From positions 124,001-188,000 of the forward strand of contig NIVC01000413.1 in assembly GCA_002269645.1 (NCBI GenBank): a DNA stretch of 64,000 nucleotides, in the 5' to 3' direction. This DNA is from Macrostomum lignano. Its lineage: Eukaryota. This document shows, piece after piece, positions 12,566 to 22,960 of this stretch (position 1 is the stretch's first letter; the number at the start of each line of letters is the position of its first letter). The position numbers and the translations under genes are program-made. The notes below the pieces were generated by a model that was not told where the DNA came from, made no database searches, and saw only the letters and a list, made by a program, of their open reading frames with translations.

Positions 12566-14293
12566 GCAACGACCTCACGACCTTAGCACCATGTCATAAT
12601 GATGAAGTCGAGGGTAGCGCAGCAGCATTATCCCATTACAAACTGTCAGAGGTCATCTGTCTGCTCCAGCTATGTCGAGGGTCTTTTGAAGCATTTTAAT
12701 AATAAAAAGATAAAAGAAAAAAAAGATAATAAAAACAGAATTTTATTCAAGGCGAACTCTGATATTCACCTCCTGAAAAAGGAATGTTTTCGCTTTTGAC
12801 TAATGTGACCTTACTTATGCATTCCGTTTTGCATCAATGTTTAATTGTTGAGTTCATTTACAACATTACTTGTATCGCGCTTCTTTGATCGTTAGTTTTA
12901 ATAATTCTTTTCGTACTACTTACAATAGACGGGTAAGTAGTTTGAAAACAAATGCATCAATTTTTTTTTATGTTTCGTAAAGCTGAGTTTGAAGCGCTGG
13001 CGAATATTAAAATAATTACAGGAGAGCTGCATGGGGAACCCTGGCCCAAAACCTCAGCGCCAAGGCAATTCTTTATGCCTCATAATGTTTTACAATGTGT
13101 ACAATGTTTTATCACAGGAGGACAAGTGAGAGGGAGAGTCTGCCAAACTAGCCATGTTTGAGTCCGTGCTCGGACAGATTAATTTAAACAAAAATTCGAT
13201 CGTTTGAACAAGGCAAATGCAATTACTTTTAATAAAGCTTACTCTTCAGATGCGTACATGACATAATTATATAGAATGCGTCAGCATGGCCTTATTTGTC
13301 ATTTAGCTAGTAGTACCTTAGAATCTTAATTTATTAAGAAAGGTTTAGTCTGCTTGGATAAATATGAGAAATGTTATCTCGTACTTTTTGGTGCGTCATT
13401 ATTGACCTTGCCGTCTTCGCCGAGCAAGCGGGTGATCAAACCTCGTTGAATTGAAGCGGCATGACTCAAGTTTGCATTCAGCATATACTCGTAGCTGGGT
13501 GGGTGTCTTCAGTTTTAAGTGCCAGCGATGGCTCTTCTATAACTGTACTTTATTGTGCTTCCATTTCTTGGAAACTGTTTTCATAGCGTGGGGGGCAGGG
13601 TCCGAGCTATTTTATGAAAGTTCTTTCTTACAAAATGGAATTTCGCGTTCAAGAAGAATCGCTTGGACTAAAAATGCTTTTAAAAACTCTTCGGAGCATT
13701 ACTGGCACTGCGAAGAAGTTGTGTGTGCGAGAGAGAGAAGTTGGGTAGCTGCGAGCGGCGCAGGTACCCTGCGGGAGTGCCGTCTCGAGCTTGCACGCTG
13801 TCACACACAGGCGACACTCGAGGGTTTCTTGGGGAGATTCGGGACACCCCATCTGGTATTGTATTTGCGCTTGCTCCGTACTTGCGCATTTTCGGGGTTG
13901 ATCATCACTTGCAGACAATGTGCCAGCAGCTGAGAGAGAGAAAGAGGGTTAGAATGAATTATTTATCTATAGGCCAGCACAACTTTTTATGGCAGCTAAG
14001 TCTCGGCTGGGTCACGTGATTCAATCTGAGGAGGGCCATTGGTCCACTGTTTTCAAGTTCTTTCTCTCTGACAGTCTCAGTAGATCGCATCTCGTAAAGT
14101 TCAGTTAAAGGTGACTCATGCTCTGTGAGACGGCCTGAAGCAGCTGCGGCACCGAGACAGACAATAACCGAAATCGTAGCCCAATATCGTAGGCGCGCCT
14201 CATCATTTCGGTGCTTATAAAAAGCCAGTGTTGGTCTGCTTTGCTTGCTGCGAGCATGAGGCATAGCAACTAGATTATCGAAACATCAAAATC

Positions 14294-17200
14294 ATGCGAC
14301 CTTCGGCTGACATCTACGACTTGGCCTCCCTCACTGAACTCTCCGAGGAGGCGATCGGCAAAGTGCTGCAGGACAGGTACAACGGAGATCGAATCTACAC
14401 CCTGGTCGGAGACATTCTTGTGTTCTTGAACCCCTTCAAACCTGTCAATGTCTACACCGAGAAGGAGTTTTCGTGTCTGTCTAGGCCAGACTGGAGCGGA
14501 CCAGTTGCCGTTGGCAACGAAGTCGGATCCAGGGCTCACATTTACACTGTGGGCACCGCAGCCTTTAACTTGGTTGGCAAGGACTCGACTATACTGATCA
14601 GCGGCGAGTCGGGCTCGGGCAAGACTGAGAGCACCAAGCTGTTGTTGCAGCAGTTCGTCAAGATGGCCAGCTCGTCGCAGCTGAATCGAACTCGAGTTGC
14701 CGAGTGTCTTCTAGCGGTGAGTAAAGTTAAATTAGCTTCTTGCATTCGAGCTTTTAACACTGATTTCACATTACGCATTCCTGTACGGTTTCAACATTAA
14801 GTGCTACGTTCGTAAAATGTAAACTTTGCTTACTTAAATTTCCAAATATTGTTAATTGGCTGCGTGTCAATGTAACAATAAAGTGCGACGTTTTTTATGC
14901 ACAAATAGGCCCTGCTTGTTCCTTAATTCATTGAATATAGCAATTTTTGCGTTCTAGTTTGGACTGCGGGCTTTTAATTTGGACACAGAGTTGAGCAAAG
15001 CCCAGAGAATGCTGGCTAGTCTATGGCACAAACCAGAAGCAACTGGCGGGCTTTTAAATTCGACAGCGGGCACAAATTTGGACACAGAAGACAAGAAGAT
15101 CAAAGTTAAGAACGACAGTAATCAGTTTTTGAGGGTAGGTTATGAATCTGTATATTTGACCCAAACATTGAACTTATCCAAACCGTTAGATACAATTTTC
15201 TAAAACTTTAAACTTTAAGACCCTTGCGTTGTCAGAGCCTGTTTCTTCCTAAAAAACTCGTCGTGTACTTAGTGCGCTGGCTCAAGAAAAAACATGCAAG
15301 AGAAAGGGGAAGGAAAAGACTGTCCAAATTTGTGCCCGCTGTCGAATTTAGAAGCCCGTCAGTTGCTTCTGGTTTGTGCCATAGACTAGCCAGCATTCTC
15401 TGGGCTTTTCTCGACTCTGTGTCCAAATTAAAAGCCCGCAGTCCAAACTAGAACGCAAAAAGCTATCATGAGCTGTGTAAAAATGTGTGCTGTTTCTTTT
15501 GATGGCTGCTCTGCAGCCACAGTGGGTTTTCTCAGAGTGAGTGGCAGGGTGCCGCTGGTGCTGCCCAAAGAATATCAATTCTTCCCCACTTGGCTGGGCT
15601 GTGTCTGTCATGGTTCAATGCTTTTTCATTTCTTTGGCCGGGCCTATCATTTCTTTGGCCCGGTCCAAGTTTGGAAGAAATATATTTTTTCCGTTTCTTT
15701 CTGTCTATGGCCCAAAGTCCCCGAACTCAAGTTCGTCAGTAGTCTGTGCAGTGAATTCATCATTCTTAGTTCAATTGAGTAGCTTTTTAATTAATTCATG
15801 AGAAGTTTTATTCAATTCTCAAAAAAAGCGTCTAAGCTACTGAACTCAAAATTTAAGCAACCCATGTCGTTTTTTTCGCACAAGTGACGAAAAACAGCGG
15901 TCGCGCTTTCCCTATTGCCGCAATACAAAGTGGCCTATCTAGGGAATATTAGATCTACGGTGCTGCCCACAGACTGCAGAGCAGCCAGCGGGTTTGAGGG
16001 TGGTAAACTTTAAAGTTATCTCATAGGGCCATCCTTGCCACCATGGCTACGCCCCGATTGACCTGATCACCAACCGGTTCATGAACTCCTAAGGGACAGA
16101 TGAATGACTTTGCTTAACTTTTGTCTGTGATGCCTTGGGGGTTTTAGCTGTTGCCGAACATGCCTGTACATTAGTTCATTAGCAAACTCGTTTCTCCCCA
16201 AACTCACCAAATCAGGCCAATCCGATCATGGAAGCTTTCGGCAACGCTCGCACAGTGATGAACCACAACTCCAGCCGATTCGCCAAGTTCGTCTCGCTAG
16301 GCCTCCAGGGCAACGCTTTGGTGTCCAGCGAAATTCGCACCTACATGCTGGAGAAGTCTCGACTACTAAGCGCCACCGAAGACGAAGGCAATTTTCACAT
16401 TTTCTATTACATGTGCCTTTCTAGTAACAGCTTCTTCAAGGATGTCAGGCCGCTAGGACCGTTGAGTTTGATCAGCAATGCTGAGACGCTTGGCAGGCGA
16501 TACACAGATTTAGAGGCCAAAGCCACGGAGGTGTTGGACGCATTCGACAAGCTCGGCTTCACTGCTCAGCAGAAGGAGGGCGTGTTCCAGATCCTCTCAG
16601 GCCTGCTGCTCCTGGCCGATGTCGAGTTCCGATCCGAGGAGCAGAACCACACTGTGTGCACCTCGCTTGATCCCAAATCGGAGACGACTTTTAAGCTGGC
16701 CTGCAAACGGCTCGGCCTCAAGGGCAAGGATTCGAGGCGTCGTCTGCTCAAGACTCTGACTACAAGTAAGCTGAAGGTCAACGACGAAGACATCTACTCC
16801 CTGTTTCACGAGGACAAGACGCGCCTGGTGCTAAACGGCTGCATACGGGCGATTTACACGAAACTGTTCGACTGGATTATCCAGCGAGTGAACGACAGCC
16901 TGGCGAGCACGGGCCGCCCAGACCCTGGCACTAGAGTTCGACAAATCGGCGTGCTGGACATCTTCGGCTTTGAATCGTTGGCCATAAACTCGTTTGAGCA
17001 GCTGTGCATCAACCTGGCGAACGAACAGCTCCAGTTGTTCTTCACCCACCACGTGATTCAGCTGGAACAGGCCGAGTACCAGTCCGAAGGTCTGTCCTGG
17101 GTTGAGATTCCATTCGAAGACAACCAGGTGACTCTGAACCTATTTCTAGAGAGGCCGCTCGGAGTTCTGTCTCTGTTGAACGAGGAGAGCAGCCTAGCCT

Positions 17201-18504
17201 CGGGAACGGACGAGAGTCTGTATAACAAGCTGATGAAGCATTTGGTTGACAAGCCGAAGTTGCAAATCTCGGCCAAGAATCCCGCCGTGTTCACCGTGAA
17301 TCATTACGCCGGAGCTGTCACCTACACCATACCCGGTATGGTTGACAAGAACCGAGACAAGGCTCCGGAGAATACGATTGAGGTTCTGGCCTCCTCTAAG
17401 TTGAAGCTGTTGACCGAAATAATCAGCAGCCACCACGGCGGCAAGGCGAAGGCTGGCAACGGAAAACAGCAAGCATCAGCTGGCCTGCAGCTGGCTGTTC
17501 AATTCCGCAGCTCATTGGACTTTTTGCTGGCCAAGCTGCGCGAATCGCAGCCATTTTTCGTGCGCTGCATCAAGCCCAATAGGGATAACGCTGCGAACAG
17601 TTTCGATCAGGAGTACGTTCGGCGACAGATTCACTACTGCGGGATAGCCGAAGCGGTGCGAGTCCGTCAGGCCGGCTTTCCGGTGAGGTGCACCTACGGG
17701 GAGCTGCATCTGTTGTGTCCGGTGCTGAGCTTCCTGTACGGCTCTGGCCGGCTGGAAAGCGACGCAGCCCGCGTTCGAGCCGTGTGCCGACAGGCCAAGC
17801 TGCCAGCAGAGGAGGTTGCCATGGGCAAAACGAAAGTGTTCATGCGCGTGAACGCCAGCCGCTTACTTGCCAAGCAGGAGCGGCGCTACTGCGGACGCGT
17901 GGTAACCTGCCAGAAGGTGACTCGTGGCTGGCTGCAGAGGCGCCGCTATCTCAAGTTGAAGGCTGCCGAGGTCGAAAGGCGTAAACGAGCCGCGCTGGCG
18001 TTGCCGATCACTCCTACGGCGCCGCCACCTCCGGAGGAGTTGAGAAAGTCGACAGTCAGCGTTGGGGAAGAAGGCGAAGAAGGAGCACAAGTGACTCGAT
18101 CGGAGACAGTGCTCTGGTTCAAGACTACGCAGAAGGACCAGATCATGCAGACTCGCGGCTATGAGACCTGGTTTCACGGCATCATAACGCGCAACGAGGC
18201 CAACCAGCTGCTCGGATCCAAAAACACCGGGAGCTTTCTAGTCCGAGTCAGCAACAGCCAGCTTGGCTTTGTGCTCAGCTTCAAGTCGAGAAACGGAGTC
18301 CGGCACTACCTGATTGAGCAGCTCGAGCGCGGCAGATTCAACGTGCTTGGCGAGAAGCAGGTTCACTCAAGCCTGGGCAAAATTATCGATTTTCACAAGG
18401 CTAACGGCTTTCGTAACTGCGATGTTCGGCTGACAACACCGGTGGGACAGCCAGATAAGGAGCCGGATTATGAGGAGCTGTTGTGCAATGCTCCGGCGCT
18501 ATGA
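14294..18504 (+). CDS. Unconventional myosin: motor + one IQ + Pro-rich linker + C-terminal SH2, about 903 aa
   Basis: Exons 14294-14716 and 16216-18504. P-loop GESGSGKT, switch I NHNSSRF, switch II DIFGFE, FVRCIKPN, IQ-like CQKVTRGWLQRRRY, SH2 WFHGIITR...GSFLVRVS...VRHYLI. Confidence 0.93.
14937..15466. mobile_element. MITE-like element in myosin intron 1 with about 148-bp inverted arms
   Basis: 14937-15084 is the near-identical reverse complement of 15321-15466. Each arm has internal GCGGGC...AATTTGGACAC sub-repeats. No unambiguous TSD (a TA is possible). Confidence 0.75.
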
Positions 18505-20670
18505 TATGAGCTTTGACGTTATTGAGTCTCAGTGATAAGACACTCGTACCCTAACGTATATTCGTGTCGAAGATCTACGGATTATAAAGATTTAAAAATA
18601 TTTTGTCCTTACAGTCACATTTGTTCAGACTGAATAAGGCTGCATAAAATGTAAACTTTTACATCTTTATAATGTAAAAGTACACTACTGTTGATAAAAA
18701 TCGCATTATCCTGTTGTCGGTAATTCTTCATCAAACTAAATTAGCTCTTACATGTAACTCACAATTATAACGTTACCAACTCAATGGTGAGTGTTTAAAA
18801 TTAAATTGGTGAAAAACTTTTATTAGCCAAGTAAAATCTATCGACACTATAAAAGTAGAACTTCCGTACGTGATTGTTACTGGCAAGCTCTGTCATTTTA
18901 TTATTATAAATTTGCATTAAAAATTGTTCTCATATTGTTTAACTTTTTTTAACTTTTTATCAATATATATATGAGCTAGGTCCAATGTGAACCACTGAAA
19001 AATCATCAGTTTTCCTGATGATGTCCACTTACGATTTGCGTTGGTAAACGATTTTGAAAGAAGCAAGAACTGCATGTTTTTGACGTTCTGTTTTTAATAC
19101 TCTACTTTTGTCGAGCAACGTAGTACACTCCGCAAGCCTACTTTAAGTAGTACTAAGGACCACTATAAGTAACGGTGTTTCAACGTCAACATTTAGTGAT
19201 CCAAAATGTATTTGCATACGGAGCAAAAAGGTTTAAAGTTTTGCAAAAAAACGTTTGACATACTTTGCAGTCGTACATGAAGTATATATATAAAGTCTGT
19301 ATTTGACTAATGCAATGACTAAATTTTCTACGCTATAAATTATTCTATCCCGTTTCTACTTAATAAAAGCAAGCTATATATTATCAGTGCTCCGCTAGCA
19401 CTATGAATCGTAAAATTTTATATTAAGAGCAACGCCATACAAGTCCAAATTATGCATACGATATGTAAAATGATGTTTTAGCCCACGACGCAGGTAAGCG
19501 ACATTTTATAAATAAGATATAAAATTATATTCTGACCTTTAAAACTGTGCTTAGTAAGTAATTAAAATTAGTAGCGTAGAAAGTAGAAGCTAAAATGTTT
19601 TTGTTTACATGTTTTGTTTCACTGCGTTGAATGTAAGAGTTTTTTTTAAATGCTCGTGCCAACAGCTTGTTAAGGTTATAAATATGAATATAAATTAATT
19701 ATTTGGAAATTGAGATGTTACAAGCGATAGCGAAGAGCTTGTTAAATGTTAGGCCTATGCTCAGATACAATTCAAATCTTCCACCCGAAACCGGTGGTCA
19801 TTTTTTCTCAATCTCACCCCATCACTGTGTCCGTGTTTGTGATAAAATTTGTTCACAAGGCAAGCCGGCCCTAGCTTAGGCCTAACTTAGCCAGTTAGGC
19901 CCTAGCCTTAGGTTAGGGCAGGGGCTAGGGCTAGGGCTAGGCTAGCCGCTAGCTCTAGCCTGGTGAAGACCAAGGAACTGTGGAGAGTTTTTACTAGAGT
20001 TTGATTGAAGCCACCCACTTGTTTGGAGGTGGAAACTTGAAATTTTGCTTAGGCCCCTACTAATAGTTGTACTGAACACTGATGTTTCATCCCTATTCCC
20101 TATATGTCAATATGGTATAACATACATATAACTATAACTAATGTATGTGTAATGTATAGTCTAAGTCTAAATAATGAATTACAGGTAAACCATGAAATTT
20201 GTCATTTACTACCCATATTCCTCCAAAATCAATCTACCATGAGCTACCATATTAGGATATGATGGCCATAGGGCCTAATTAGGACATTTTTGTTCCCTTG
20301 CTTCCATCCCCTGTTTGGCCACTTTTAATGCCCTTTAAGAAACTTTTTGGCCCTTTTTGCACTTGCTACTAGCATTTTTGAACTTTATTTTTTGACAAAA
20401 ATATATATTTGAGTTCTCTTAGATCAATTCAGCTCTTGGATCAAAAGATGGAAAAAACTTATAAAGTCAGAACAAGAAGGCCAACAATGGATAGTGCTTT
20501 TTTCCCAAAACTCTAGGACCACTTTGTCTTAGCCAGCTTATATGTATTTTTATAAATGTCATATTCATTTATAAATGTCATAGGGTTAGTGTTAGGGATA
20601 ATTATTGTTGTTTTCCAATGATGACTAAATGGCAAACAAACTAATATTTAAAAAATACACAAAATCAAAC

Positions 20671-21527
20671 GGCATTCTTTCATTATAGAAGACCCAAAAA
20701 TGCGTGACTTTCGTAATGGAAGACCCATGGAAAAGGGGAAGAAATCAATAAAAAAACAAGCATTCATCTCTGCCTAGCTTCAGGGTGCCGACGGAAGCCT
20801 TGAACCATTTGCACATGATGTCACGCGAGTAATTGGACAGTGGCCTCACTCTCTAGTTGGTACATCGTCATCAGCGACCTACATGGGATAAATATGGATG
20901 AAAGATACTTGTACGAGTACAAAAGATTCAGAAACGCATGAAAGCAGCGTGCGTATGCACCCCCCCCTCACCTTCAAAAAAGAAGACCCAACTCATTTCA
21001 CCTAAATATTTACAACACGGAGGTCTTGCATTACGAAAGTAAGAGACCTTTATGTTAAACTTACTTCTGCGGAACTTACTTCTGTGGTCTTACTCTAGAG
21101 TCTAGACCACAATAGATTGCTTTTCTTCCATATCCCCTACTTTCGTTTCAAAAGACCTTTAATGGATGCTTAAAATTGTCAGTCTTTTAAAACGAAACTG
21201 TATATATCAGACGTTCATAGGAAATGTACCCAAGGCTGACACAGGAAAACAAATCATCTAAACCCTACGTTTCTGCAGCTTTTGTTGCTGCCACCCCTAT
21301 TACCTTCGTTTTGGAAGACCTTCAATAAAATAGTAGCTTGACGGTCTTCTAAAATGAAACTGTAATATAAACTGCAATAAAGGACACACAAAGTCATTAA
21401 GAATAAACAAACAAAATAATAGACAACAATATGTGAGCAGCTTCCTATGTTTTAGGCGGGTCTTCTTTTTCGAAACTGCCAGCTTCCTATTTGATACATA
21501 GAGGGTCTTCTAAAACGAAAGAATGCC
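20671..21527. mobile_element. 857-bp non-autonomous DNA transposon with 25-bp TIRs and a perfect 8-bp TSD (Merlin-like by signature)
   Basis: The left TIR GGCATTCTTTCATTATAGAAGACCC matches the reverse complement of 21503-21527 at 23/25. AATCAAAC is duplicated at 20663-20670 and 21528-21535. There is no transposase ORF. The superfamily call rests only on the 5'-GG termini and the 8-bp TSD. Confidence 0.8.
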
Positions 21528-22960
21528 AATCAAACTGTGGAACAAAAAAGGAGATTGCAGTACAACATAAGCCATATAGCCCACTGACAAAGTATAGATT
21601 GCTGCCAGGCTCTGGATAGTATACACTGGGTTTTTTTCACCAGAGACAAGGTGTGAAATCTTCTGCCAAATTTCAAGGTGCAATTTTAAGGCTCAGAGTG
21701 CAATTTCTCTTGAGTCTTGTTTTAGACAACTGGGAATATATAGACATGTGCCTTAATAGGATTTAAAGAGTTATTTTGTTTTATATTTTAAGGCAGTGCA
21801 TGAAAAATAGCTTAAGCATGGTTAAACCTTTAAAGAAAAATGGTTATAAGACTGCACCTAAACTGCACCTACTTTTTTAATTTCAGGGTGCAATTTTAAA
21901 ATTTAGGGTGCATACGCACACTGTGTGCACAAAAAAACCTCTGAGTATACATATACATTGGAATTTTCCAGCATACAAAAAGACCTAGATTACACATTGG
22001 CATACAACTTGGCATACAAAGGGGCCTAGCGTGCCCTCTTGGCATTTATATAAGTTTATAGAAATTTATAGAAGAAAGTCAAGGGTCAAAGTATGCTGTT
22101 ACTAAGTCAAAGTATTATTTACAAATTTTGTACAAATGACAAGTGTACAAAAAATATATTAGAAGTACAAATCATAAAGAAATTAAATTATGGACAATAC
22201 AAAAGAACTTTTATACAACAATATGATGAGACCAATGTTAATGAACTACTAAATCTTAAGCCAAATCAAATTTCTCTTTACAAAGCCAAAAGGCAATGCA
22301 GTCAAATATAATTATAAGCAGTAAAAATAGTTTATAATATAAGTATATTGAAGTATATATAATTTATTAAGAAATGCTATGCCTATAATTTTTAGAAAAC
22401 TTAGAGTGCTAATTTGCTAACTCAAAATAATTCAAATATACATAAAATTTTGTCCTTATAGGTATACCTAAGACATGTATCTAGCATACCTAGTATAAAA
22501 AGGGGCTGACCAATTTGGCAACAAACAAATTTCATCATGGACAGTTTTGGTAGAGGCAAATTAAGCAACAATTTGGTGTCATATTTGACAATAATAAAGA
22601 ATTATACTAATTTTGCCTTCTATTTATGACTATAGTATAATTGCAAACAAAAAAATGCCATAACAAAATAATTAAAAGTATTTTTTTTCTATGATATAAT
22701 GTGGAAAAATGAATTAGTGAAATAGGTGAGTACCAATGTTAATAGGCAAAAAATGATACCAATCAACATGTTGCCATTGCTATTCTGCCTTTGAAAACCC
22801 TAGTTAGATAAGTGCAAATCTTAAATATGTTTTTTAAGGTCTTATCTAAGCAATATATCAGTGTATGGAGTATAGATGGTATCACAGAGATTTATTTGTT
22901 ACTCTGAATTTATGCTTTGATCAATTTAAAGGAATATAATTTAAGCTACAATTAACAATA

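Noticed and set aside
21141-21320. TTCG-containing 17-mer as a CENP-B box
   Set aside because: Only the TTCGnnnnA half matches and the CGGG half is absent. The sites are better explained as part of the TIR/TSD-bounded element.
21624-21945. Possible second MITE (ends CACTGGGTTTTTTT / AAAAAAACCTCTGAG, TATA flanks, internal GGTGCAATTT repeats)
   Set aside because: The termini are too degenerate and the AT-rich flanks too simple to support a call without other copies.
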